NCBI GenBank assembly: GCA_044220955.1
Contig: JBGAQA010000033.1
Span: 1-64,000 of the forward strand
From: Sandaracinaceae bacterium
Lineage (GTDB): Bacteria > Myxococcota_A > Polyangia > Polyangiales > Sandaracinaceae
Length of the DNA: 64,000 nt
Reading direction: 5' to 3'
Position 1 is the first letter of the stretch; the number at the start of each line of letters is the position of its first letter. Below the pieces are notes generated by a model, which saw only the letters and a list, made by a program, of their open reading frames with translations, was not told the DNA's origin and did not search any database. The position numbers and the translations under genes are program-made. Positions 51,285 through 62,552 of this stretch are shown one piece after another.

Positions 51285-52688
51285 GTGCCCGTCTGGCTCG
51301 AGCGCCTGATCCCGATCCTCATCCTCCTCGCCGTCGTCGGCGTCGTGCTCGCCCGCCTGCCCAAGGTCGACGTCGGCCACGACAAGGCCTTCCTGCGGCG
51401 GCGCTTCTTCAACTGGTTCCCGCTCGGGATGACGTACGCGTTCCTCTACATGGGCCGCTACAACCTCGCGCAGGCGAGCACGGCGCTCGAGGACCTGATC
51501 GACAACCACGACTTCGGCGTCATCAAGGCCACCGGCACCTTCGTCTACGGTCTCTCGTTCGTGATCAACGGCCCGCTGACCGATCGCATCGGCGGCCGCG
51601 CCACGATGATCATCGCCGCGACCGGCTCGGCGCTCGCGAACCTCGCGATGGGGATGGTGGTGGCGAGCGGTCGGACCCAGAACATCGTCCCGATCCTGGC
51701 CGTGCTCTACGGCGTGAACATGTACTTCCAGAGCTTCGGCGCCGTCTCGATCGTCAAGGTGAACGCGTCGTGGTTCCACCTGCGCGAGCGCGGGACCTTC
51801 GGTGGCATCTTCGGGATCCTGATCTCGCTCGGCCTCTACTTCGCCTACGACTGGTGCGGGATCCTCGCGCAAGAGGCGCCCGCGCCCTGGGTGTTCTGGA
51901 TCCCCGCGATGATCCTGCTCGTGTTCGTGGTCGCGAACGTGGTCTGGGTGCGCGACACGCCGGGCCAGGCCGGGCTCGCGGACTTCGACACGGGCGATGC
52001 GAACTGGGGCGGCGAGGCGACGGCCACGGGCTGGCGCGAGTCGCTCGCGCAGATCGTCCGCGTCGGACGGATGATGCTGAGCCAGCCGGCGATCCTGATC
52101 ATCTGCGGCATCGAGTTCTGCTCCGGCTTCGTGCGCAGCTCGCTGATGGACTGGTACGTGCGCTTCTCGGCGCAGACGGAGACGGCGAGCAACTACATCG
52201 CCGCGAACTGGGGCCTGGCGCAGTGCATCGCGGGCATCACGGGCGGCGTGCTCGCGGGCGTGGTCTCCGACCGCGTGTTCGGCTCGCGCCGCGGTCCGGT
52301 CGCCGGGATGCTCTACGGCGTGTTGCTCGTGGGCGCGCTCGTGATGGGCGCGCTCATCACGAACGTGTACGCGCTCGGCGCGGTGCTGATCGTGATGATG
52401 CTCTCCGTGATCGGCGTGCACGGCATGCTGAGCGGCGCCGCGAGCATGGACTTCGGCGGCAAGAAGAACGTCGGCATCGTCGTCGGCATCATCGACGGCT
52501 TCGTCTACCTCGGTCAGGGCACGCAGTTCAGCACGCTCGGGCACATCGTCCCCGAGGGCGAGGCCGCGACGCACATGGCCAACTGGTGGACCTGGCCCGT
52601 GGCGATGATCCCCTTCGCGCTCCTCGGGCTCCTCCTCAGCTCGCGCATCTGGAACGCGAAGCCGCAGCGCTCGACCGCGGCACATTGA
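51285..52688 (+). CDS. MFS transporter (GlpT/OPA-like)
   Basis: YMGRYN, GPLTDRIGGR, WFHLRERG, GIIDGFVYLG. Confidence 0.88.
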   Translation: MPVWLERLIPILILLAVVGVVLARLPKVDVGHDKAFLRRRFFNWFPLGMTYAFLYMGRYNLAQASTALEDLIDNHDFGVIKATGTFVYGLSFVINGPLTDRIGGRATMIIAATGSALANLAMGMVVASGRTQNIVPILAVLYGVNMYFQSFGAVSIVKVNASWFHLRERGTFGGIFGILISLGLYFAYDWCGILAQEAPAPWVFWIPAMILLVFVVANVVWVRDTPGQAGLADFDTGDANWGGEATATGWRESLAQIVRVGRMMLSQPAILIICGIEFCSGFVRSSLMDWYVRFSAQTETASNYIAANWGLAQCIAGITGGVLAGVVSDRVFGSRRGPVAGMLYGVLLVGALVMGALITNVYALGAVLIVMMLSVIGVHGMLSGAASMDFGGKKNVGIVVGIIDGFVYLGQGTQFSTLGHIVPEGEAATHMANWWTWPVAMIPFALLGLLLSSRIWNAKPQRSTAAH

Positions 52689-52703
52689 TCCCGTCGCGGA
52701 CCC

Positions 52704-53141
52704 TCAGGACAGGACGCGGAACGCCTGACCGATCCCGGGCAGTGGGCGCACGCGACCGTTGACCGCGTTCAGCACGCCCGTGATGGCGAGGTAGAGCCAG
52801 CCGAGGAAGAGCGTGACGGGGATGCAGGCCGCGACGATCCAGCCGACGATCGGGATGAACGAGAGCAGCACGTCCAGGACGAGGCCCACCACCCAGAACA
52901 CGAGCCAGGTGATCGCGAGCACGAGGCCCTGGTTGAGGTGGTAGCGCGCGAACGGAGACTGGCGGCCGAGAAGGAGCGCGACGAAGACCAGCGGACCGAG
53001 GTAGGCGATGGCCGCCAGCCCCTTGTGCTCCTCGGCGTCGCGGACGTCCGCCGTCTCGATCGGGGTCGTCGTCACGAGCTCGCCGCCCGGAGGCGGCCGG
53101 TCGGCGACGCCCGGCGGCCCCTTCTGCCAGTCGTTCACCAC
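52704..53141 (-). CDS. DUF4870-like membrane protein
   Basis: LAAIAYL, FARYHLNQGL, IPIVGW, G...PLP.IG. Confidence 0.75.
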   Translation of the reverse strand: MVNDWQKGPPGVADRPPPGGELVTTTPIETADVRDAEEHKGLAAIAYLGPLVFVALLLGRQSPFARYHLNQGLVLAITWLVFWVVGLVLDVLLSFIPIVGWIVAACIPVTLFLGWLYLAITGVLNAVNGRVRPLPGIGQAFRVLS

Positions 53142-53155
53142 GCCCGCTTAGCACG

Positions 53156-54358
53156 TCAGCGACGCCTGTTCTTCTTGCGCCGCGGCTGCGTCCGCGGAGC
53201 GGGCGGCTTGGCGGACTTCGGCGGGTGCGCGCTGGCGCGCGGGGAGGGCACGGCGGCAGGCGGCAGGGTGATCGTCGGGCTGGTTCGCTCGCGCTCGACG
53301 CCGGCCGCGCCGAGCTTGAGGCGCCGCACGACGGCCTGCTTCTGTCGCTCCTTGTACGCGTCGTGGCTGGCGTCGCCGAGCTCGTTCGACTGCTCGGTCT
53401 CGCGATCGACGACCTGCAGCTCGGCCTGCGCGAAGACCACGCGGCCGAGCCCGAGCGCCGCGGGCGGAGCGAGCTCGAGGATGTCGTCGGGCAGGCGCAC
53501 GGGTAGATCGACGACGAAGTGCACGATGCGATAGCTCTGCGACGAGAAGACGTTGTCGATCGCGGGCGGCACCGCGTCCTCGTCCGGGAGCATCGCGAGC
53601 TCCTTGCCCACCTCCGAGAGGGCCGGGTGCTTGCGGACGTAGCCCATGAAGTCGAACATCGTGTTCGTGCTCTCGCCCGGCACGATGTAGTTGAACGGGA
53701 AGAGCATCCGCTCGAGGTACGCGAGCACCGGGAAGACGTCGTCCGGCGAGCGCGTGACGATGCGGAAGCGCAGCTTGTCGTAGATCTGGGCGGCGTGCGT
53801 CTCCTTCTTGGAGAGCAGCTTGCTGTAGAGCGAGTCCTTGTTCTTGCGGCCGCCGATGAACTCGAGGATCGGCAGTCCGCGCGCCAGCATGCTGCCGATG
53901 ACGCGATAGACCTTCTGCTCGACGAGGTGGAACACGTCCTGATCGGAGATCGGGAGCATGTAGAGCAGCTCGCGCGCCTCGAGGTGATGGATGATGTGCA
54001 TCACCTTCAAGATCGTGCAGGCGCAGAGCTGGCGGTGGCCGCGGCCGCTGGCCACGAGCATGAGCTCCGCCGCGCTCGCGTCGGCGACCGGCTTGGGGAT
54101 CGGAAAGTCGAAGTTGCGGCGCAGGTACTGGATCGCCGCGTTCTTGATCGCCTCGCTGCGCGCGCGGCTCGCCGGGTCGGCGAGGTCGAACTCGTGCGCG
54201 CCGAGGAACTCGGTCACGTCCGTCTCGGTGCGGAACGCGAGGCGCGCCCAGTCGATCACCGAGCCGCCCCGGAGCAGGAGGCGAATGCTCTCGAGGTCGG
54301 CGAGGCTCAGCTCCGAGAGGGACCGGTAGGGGGCCGGCGCGCGCTGAGCATCGCTCAC
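53156..54358 (-). CDS. TIGR04552-like protein with RelA/SpoT-type nucleotidyltransferase motifs
   Basis: LRGGSVIDW, RKNKDSLYSKLLSK, IYDKLRFRIVT, AELQVVD, SHDAYKERQ. Confidence 0.75.
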   Translation of the reverse strand: MSDAQRAPAPYRSLSELSLADLESIRLLLRGGSVIDWARLAFRTETDVTEFLGAHEFDLADPASRARSEAIKNAAIQYLRRNFDFPIPKPVADASAAELMLVASGRGHRQLCACTILKVMHIIHHLEARELLYMLPISDQDVFHLVEQKVYRVIGSMLARGLPILEFIGGRKNKDSLYSKLLSKKETHAAQIYDKLRFRIVTRSPDDVFPVLAYLERMLFPFNYIVPGESTNTMFDFMGYVRKHPALSEVGKELAMLPDEDAVPPAIDNVFSSQSYRIVHFVVDLPVRLPDDILELAPPAALGLGRVVFAQAELQVVDRETEQSNELGDASHDAYKERQKQAVVRRLKLGAAGVERERTSPTITLPPAAVPSPRASAHPPKSAKPPAPRTQPRRKKNRRR

Positions 54359-54375
54359 CAGCGCGATGGTACAGC

Positions 54376-54579
54376 CTACGAGCTCGACTCGGTCGCCGAG
54401 CGGTCCTTCTGCGGCATCCGGGGCGCACTGGGCGAGAAGCGCCCGAGGTTGAGCGTGCCGAAGAAGATGCCCATCGAGACGAAGAGCACGAAGAAGTTGC
54501 CGACGAACGCCCCGTTGCAGCCGCCGAGCGTGAGCCCGAGCAGCGCGATGGCGAGGATGGAGAAGGTCTTCGTGGTCAC
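54376..54579 (-). CDS. 67-aa membrane peptide or lipoprotein
   Basis: GAGGTG RBS before GTG; LGGC lipobox followed by a second hydrophobic helix. Confidence 0.6.
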   Translation of the reverse strand: MTTKTFSILAIALLGLTLGGCNGAFVGNFFVLFVSMGIFFGTLNLGRFSPSAPRMPQKDRSATESSS

Positions 54580-54783
54580 GGCAACATCACCTCGGTGAAA
54601 GGTACGAAGATGTAAGTAAGTCTCCGACACCCGGCCGAGGAGGTCCAGTTTCTATCAACCTGTCGGCGGGGTGCCAACCCCGAAATGAGCAGGGCCGAGG
54701 CCAGGGCCGATCGGGCGTTCTTCCGGGTTTTTCGGCCCCCGGGCGTGGGACGAGGGCCACGCCAGCGTGGTAAGCCATCGCTC

Positions 54784-57177
<2,394 letters not shown>

Positions 57178-57187
57178 CGACGAACCG

Positions 57188-58042
57188 ATGAGCGCGACGA
57201 TCGAGGCGTGGCGCGACGCGGGGGCGTACGTCGAGCTCCTCGGGCATCGGATCTTCTACCGGCGCGCCGGCGAGGGGCCGACGCTCCTGCTCGTGCACGG
57301 CTATCCGACGTCGAGCTGGGACTGGGCGCCGATCTGGGACGCCCTCACGCTCCGCTTCGACGTGATCGCGGCCGACATGCTCGGCTTCGGCTACTCGGGG
57401 AAGCCGCGCGGACACCGCTACACGATCGCGGAGCAGGCCGACCTGCAGGATGCACTGCGCGCGCACCTCGGCGTGCGCGAGCACCACGCGCTGGTCCACG
57501 ACTACGGCGTGACCGTCGGCCAGGAGCTCCTCGCGCGCGGCGCGCCCGGCATGCGCTCGATCGCATTCCTCAACGGAGGGCTCTTCCCCGAGACGCACCG
57601 GCCGCGTCCGATCCAGCGCCTGCTCGCCTCCCGCCTCGGGCCGCTCGTCGCGCGCCTCTCGACCGAGCGCGCCTTCGCGCGCTCGCTCTCGGCGGTGTTC
57701 GGCCCGCGCACGAAGCCCTCGCCGGCCGAGCTGCGCGCGTTCTTTCGGCTCGCGTCGCGCGACGGCGGGATGCTCGCGCTCGCCGGCCTCATCGGGTACA
57801 TGCGCGAGCGCGAGGAGCGGCGGGAACGCTGGGTCTCCGCGCTCGTGGAGACGAAGCTGCCCCTCTTGGCCATCAACGGCACGCTCGACCCCGTGAGCGG
57901 AGCGCACATGGTCGCGCGCCTGCTCGAGCTGCGACCCGGGACCGAGGTCGTCCGGCTCGAGGTCGGGCACTATCCCCAGATCGAAGCGCCCGGCGAGGTC
58001 GTGCGCGCCTACCTCGCCTTCACCGAGCGCTGCGGCACATGA
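57188..58042 (+). CDS. Alpha/beta hydrolase (MEST/epoxide-hydrolase-like)
   Basis: HGYPTSSWDW, HDYG, DPVSG, GHYPQIE. Confidence 0.88.
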   Translation: MSATIEAWRDAGAYVELLGHRIFYRRAGEGPTLLLVHGYPTSSWDWAPIWDALTLRFDVIAADMLGFGYSGKPRGHRYTIAEQADLQDALRAHLGVREHHALVHDYGVTVGQELLARGAPGMRSIAFLNGGLFPETHRPRPIQRLLASRLGPLVARLSTERAFARSLSAVFGPRTKPSPAELRAFFRLASRDGGMLALAGLIGYMREREERRERWVSALVETKLPLLAINGTLDPVSGAHMVARLLELRPGTEVVRLEVGHYPQIEAPGEVVRAYLAFTERCGT

Positions 58043-60309
58043 GAGCGCTGCTCCGGCGACGCTCCGTGCAGGTGGCGCTCGCGGCCTCGGCGCTCACGAC
58101 GATCGCCTGTCTCGTCTCGCCTCTGCTCGCCGTGCATGGAATCGAGAGCGCGCTCGTGCTCGGGCTCGTACTCCCCCCGTTCGTCGCGGCGATGGCGTGC
58201 CGGATCGTCCTCGGGCGTGAGCAGCGCACGATCGGAGAGGCGGTCCGCGAGGCGGCGGAGGCCGGAACGCTCGTCCTGGCCCTGCCTCTCGTGGGGCTGC
58301 TCTTCGGCGCGCTACGCGCGCGCTGGTGTACGCCGCTCGAGGGTCTCGCGTTCTTCGCCCTCGGACCGGCGTCGGGCGTGGCCCTGGCCGTCACGACGGG
58401 CGCGCTCGTCGGCTCGCTCCGCGGTCCTGCGCGGGTCCTCACCGGCGTCGCCGCGCTCCTGCCGGTCGCGGTGGCGCTGGTCGGACTGCTCCGCTTCTAC
58501 ACGACGCCCGCGATCTTCGCGTACTCGCACTACGTCGGCTACTTCCCGGGCTCGCTCTACGACCCGGACATCGCGATCACGGGCACGTACGTCTCGTTTC
58601 GCGCGCTCTCGGCGTGCTGGCTCGGCGCGCTGCTGGCGCTGCTCGCCGCGTGGCGCTCGAGCACGAGGCCGACGCTCGCGGCGCTCCGCGCTCACCCCGC
58701 GACGCTGCCGCTCGCGCTCGCGCTCGTCGTGATCGCGGCGACGGGCGAGGTGTATGGTCCCGAGCTCGGGCACCGCAGCACGAGCGCGTCGATCCGGCAG
58801 GCGCTCGGCGCGTCGCTCGAGGGCGAGCGCTGCACGGTGATCGTCCCGCGCGAGCTGCCGCGCGAGCAGGCCGAGCGCCTGCGCGACGAGTGCGACTTCC
58901 GCGTGGACCGCGCCGAGCACGTGCTCGGCGTCACCCACCCGGGCCGGATCACCGCCTTCTTCTTCCGCACGGCGAGCGAGAAGCGCGAGCTGATGGGCGC
59001 CTCCGGCACGTACATCGCGAAGCCCTGGCGCGACGAGGTGTACCTGCAGCTCGGGCTCGATCCGCACCCGGTGCTCTTCCACGAGATCGTGCACGTCGTC
59101 GCCGCGGCGACCGGCGTCGGTCCCTTCCGCATCTCGGGCGGACTCGGAGGACTGCTCCCCTCGCCCGGGATCATCGAGGGCGTCGCCGTCGCGGTCGCGT
59201 GGGACAGCCGCGAGGGCCTCACGCCGCACCAGTGGGCCCGCGCGATGAGCGAGATCGATCGCGCACCGGAGCTCGAGGACGCCTCGGGTCTCGGCTTCCT
59301 GCTGCAGCCCGCCGGGCGCGCGTACACCGCGAACGGCTCGTTCATCCGCTGGGTGCTCGACACGCGCGGGGCCCCGGCCGTGCTGCGCCTCTATCGCGGC
59401 GGGAGCTACGAGGAGGCGCTGGGCGAGCCGCTCGCGCAGGCCGAGGACGAGTGGCGCGCGTTCCTTCGCACGGTGCCGCTGCCGCCCGAGGCCGTGCCGC
59501 TCGCGCGCCTGCGCTTCGCGCGCTCGGCCATCTTCTCGCAGGTCTGCCCGCACGCGATCGCCGCGCTCGAGGGCGCGCTCGAGACCGACGAGGACGCGGG
59601 CGACGACCACGGCGCGCTCGAGGCGTGCGACCAGATCCTCACGATCGACCCGGGCTACCTCACGATCACGGCGCACCGCATCGGCGCGCTCGCCCGGCTC
59701 GGGCGGCTCGACGAGGCGCGGGCCCAGCTCCACACGCTCGAGACCACGGACGAAGTGCCCGCCGCGCTCGTCACGAGCGCCCGCATCGAGCTCGCCGACG
59801 CCCTGCTCTCGCGAGGCCAGCTCGAGGAGGCGCGCGGGCTCTACGAGGCGGGCATGGACGAGCCACTCTCGGAGGACCAGGCGCGCCAGCTCGAGGTGAA
59901 GCTGCTCGCGATCGCGCGCGGTCCGAGCGTCATCGGCCCGCTCGCCGAGGTGCTGGTGCCGAGCGGACGGCGCTTGCACGACGGCGCCACGACGATCGAG
60001 GCGCTCGCGCGTCTGCGCGACCTCGGCGGCGACGGGCTCGCCGACTACCTGATCGCGCGGCAGATGATCTTTCGCCAGCGCTACGACCTCGCCGGCCCAC
60101 GCCTCGCGCGCGCGCGCGCCGCGGGCCTGCCCGGGGAGCGCATCCAGCGCGAGGCGCTGCGCCTCGACGGCGTGATCCGTGCGCGCACGGGCGACCTGGA
60201 CGGGGCCCAGCGTGTGTTCGAGTCGATCGTCCACGGCGGCGACGAGGGACAGCGGGTCGAGGCCGAGGACTGGCTCGCGCGGATCGCCTGGCAGCGCCGC
60301 CGGGGCTGA
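58039..60309 (+). CDS. Multi-pass membrane protein with gluzincin-like HEXXH peptidase domain and TPR-like C-terminus
   Basis: N-terminal membrane helices; FHEIVH...IIEGVA; helical repeats; ATGA overlap with the upstream gene. Confidence 0.72.
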   Translation: MRALLRRRSVQVALAASALTTIACLVSPLLAVHGIESALVLGLVLPPFVAAMACRIVLGREQRTIGEAVREAAEAGTLVLALPLVGLLFGALRARWCTPLEGLAFFALGPASGVALAVTTGALVGSLRGPARVLTGVAALLPVAVALVGLLRFYTTPAIFAYSHYVGYFPGSLYDPDIAITGTYVSFRALSACWLGALLALLAAWRSSTRPTLAALRAHPATLPLALALVVIAATGEVYGPELGHRSTSASIRQALGASLEGERCTVIVPRELPREQAERLRDECDFRVDRAEHVLGVTHPGRITAFFFRTASEKRELMGASGTYIAKPWRDEVYLQLGLDPHPVLFHEIVHVVAAATGVGPFRISGGLGGLLPSPGIIEGVAVAVAWDSREGLTPHQWARAMSEIDRAPELEDASGLGFLLQPAGRAYTANGSFIRWVLDTRGAPAVLRLYRGGSYEEALGEPLAQAEDEWRAFLRTVPLPPEAVPLARLRFARSAIFSQVCPHAIAALEGALETDEDAGDDHGALEACDQILTIDPGYLTITAHRIGALARLGRLDEARAQLHTLETTDEVPAALVTSARIELADALLSRGQLEEARGLYEAGMDEPLSEDQARQLEVKLLAIARGPSVIGPLAEVLVPSGRRLHDGATTIEALARLRDLGGDGLADYLIARQMIFRQRYDLAGPRLARARAAGLPGERIQREALRLDGVIRARTGDLDGAQRVFESIVHGGDEGQRVEAEDWLARIAWQRRRG

Positions 60310-60313
60310 CGCC

Positions 60314-61972
60314 TCAGGGGGCGCAGAGCCAGAGACCACCGAGCCAGACGCGGTCGATGGCGCGCGTCTCGTCGCGCAGGAGCGCGGCGATCGTGATGGC
60401 GACGCCCGTCGGCGAGGGCGCGGACGCGATGCGCACGTCCACGATGCGCTCACCGGCACTGGTGGGGTGGACGTCGAGGAGCGGCGGGCAGCCGCCGTCG
60501 CACTCGTCGACGCGCGTCGCGTCGCGACCGACGACGAGGTGCACGAGCCGATCGCTCGCGTCGTCGACCTGCACGACGGCGGACACGCCTGCGCGCACGG
60601 CCGTCGCCGCGACCCTGCGCACCGGGGCCCCGAAGGAGAGCGTCCTGGCCGTCCCGGTCGTGCGGCAGTCCATGAGGCCTCCGGCCGGGCAGACGACCCG
60701 CCACACCGTCACGTCGCTCCCGCTCGGGTAGAGCAGCGTCGCCGCGTCGGGCGCGTCCACGTCGAACACGATCGCGGGCGGACCGGTCGCGCCCGCCGCG
60801 AGCTGCACGAGCGCGAAGTCGCGCGCCGGACGGAGATCCCACGCGACGACGGCTCCCGCACCGTCGTAGGCCGAGAGGAGCGGGCCGTGGGACGCGCTCG
60901 TCTCGAGGTATCCGTCGGGCAGCGTTCCGGCCGTGGGGATCGACGCATACGAGCCGACCCCGATCCCTCGATCGATGTTGCCGAGGACCTGCGTGCTCGT
61001 CGTGCCGTCCTCGTGCGTCTCGCGGAACGCGTACCAGAGGGGCTGCACGTCGCCGAGCGTCGTGAAGGGCGACGCGCCACCGACGACGGCCACACGGCCA
61101 GGCTGCTGGCCGGGGAACATCACCATGGGAGTGATCTCGGAGAGCATCAGCTCGGTCGCGCCTGGCTCGAAGATCCACGCCGACGTCTCGCTTCCCGTCG
61201 CGGGAGGCTCGAGCGCGGCCACGCCGCGGAACACGTCGGCGTCGGTCGCCAGCGCGAACGAGCGCACGCGATCGATCGTCGGCCCACCGGCGACGGGGAA
61301 GACGGCTCGAGGGTCGGCCAGAGCGTCGGCGGCGATCTCGACCAGGCGGAGCGACCGGTCCGGCGCTCCCTCGAGGTACCCGACCCACGCATACGGCACG
61401 CTCGCGCTCGCGCGCTCCGCGAGGCCGAGCTGTCCGACGACGAAGCCGTCCACCGACTGAGGTGAGACGAACCCCCCGAGGACGGTCGGGGGGACGAGCG
61501 CGAGGCCGGAGGTGCCGTGACCCGCCCCGAGGACGGCATCGAGCAGGGCCGCGTGCCCGCGCGCGTCACACTGCGATCCGCCTCCGTCGACGGGCGGCAT
61601 GCCGGCGTCGTCGCCGGAGCGAGCCTCGACGCAGGTCGTCGCCTCGCACGTGCCGCCGCGACAGTCGGCGCTCGTGGTGCACTCCGTGCGGCACTGGCCG
61701 CCCTGGCAGCGCAAGGGCGCCGCGCAGATCGCCTCCGTGCATCGCTCCTCGACGTCGAGCGTGCAGACACCGCCGCCCACGGACGCGATGCAGCGCAGAC
61801 CGGCTGCGCAGTCCCGCGCGCTCGTGCACTCGCTACGACAGCGGCCGTACGTGCACGTCAGCGGCGTGGCGCAGTCGGAAGGGCGCGCGCACGCAGCGCC
61901 CACGGCTGCGGTCGGCTGGCACGCGCACAGCGCCAACGAGAGGAGGGGCACCACGACGCCGACGCGCGACAC
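60314..61972 (-). CDS. Lipoprotein with N-terminal Cys-rich repeats
   Basis: LCAC lipobox; C...DC...L.C..G.C modules, then a beta-rich region. Confidence 0.72.
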   Translation of the reverse strand: MSRVGVVVPLLSLALCACQPTAAVGAACARPSDCATPLTCTYGRCRSECTSARDCAAGLRCIASVGGGVCTLDVEERCTEAICAAPLRCQGGQCRTECTTSADCRGGTCEATTCVEARSGDDAGMPPVDGGGSQCDARGHAALLDAVLGAGHGTSGLALVPPTVLGGFVSPQSVDGFVVGQLGLAERASASVPYAWVGYLEGAPDRSLRLVEIAADALADPRAVFPVAGGPTIDRVRSFALATDADVFRGVAALEPPATGSETSAWIFEPGATELMLSEITPMVMFPGQQPGRVAVVGGASPFTTLGDVQPLWYAFRETHEDGTTSTQVLGNIDRGIGVGSYASIPTAGTLPDGYLETSASHGPLLSAYDGAGAVVAWDLRPARDFALVQLAAGATGPPAIVFDVDAPDAATLLYPSGSDVTVWRVVCPAGGLMDCRTTGTARTLSFGAPVRRVAATAVRAGVSAVVQVDDASDRLVHLVVGRDATRVDECDGGCPPLLDVHPTSAGERIVDVRIASAPSPTGVAITIAALLRDETRAIDRVWLGGLWLCAP

Positions 61973-62000
61973 GCGGCGAGCGTAGCAGGTGAGCGCCGGC

Positions 62001-62483
62001 TCAGAGCACGAGCGCGAGCGCGAGCCCGACGTCGGCGCCGGGCACGCCCGCCACCGTCACGCTCGGCGCGCTCGGGTGGTGGTGTGCCGCGCCGCCGATG
62101 AACGTGAAGAGCCCGACGATCTCGGCGACGAGCAAGATGGGTCCACCGATGATCGAATCGATCCCTCCGCCGAGCAGGTGCGCGAAGGGGATGGCCGCCA
62201 TCGGCGCCCGGCCGCAGTCCGCGTAGCCGGAGTCCGGCGGGAGCGAGCGCGACGGGGCGTTCGGGTCGTAGCAGTGGCCGAGCTGCACCGGCATCAGGAT
62301 CGTGATGCCCGCCAGGATCGCCGCTCCGAAGACCACGCCGCCCGCGATCATCAGGCCCTCGTCGGGATGCGTCTCGAGCTCTCGAGACGCGGGGACCTCG
62401 CTCGCGGTGGGCGTCGTCTGGGCAGACGCGACCGACGATGCGAGGAGGACGAGCGCGACGGAGACGGCGAGGCGGCGCTGCAC
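62001..62483 (-). CDS. Hypothetical secreted/membrane protein
   Basis: Signal ASA|Q; hydrophobic helices; C-terminal strand pair; GTG start inferred. Confidence 0.55.
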   Translation of the reverse strand: MQRRLAVSVALVLLASSVASAQTTPTASEVPASRELETHPDEGLMIAGGVVFGAAILAGITILMPVQLGHCYDPNAPSRSLPPDSGYADCGRAPMAAIPFAHLLGGGIDSIIGGPILLVAEIVGLFTFIGGAAHHHPSAPSVTVAGVPGADVGLALALVL

Positions 62484-62552
62484 GGGCGGTGTCCGAGCAC
62501 CGGCCGTACCAACGCGCCGTGTGCCATCCCGTGCCCTGCTACCTTGCGGGGC

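Noticed and set aside
54655..54700. TGGCAC on the minus strand as a sigma54 promoter
   Set aside because: The -12 TTGC element is missing at the required spacing
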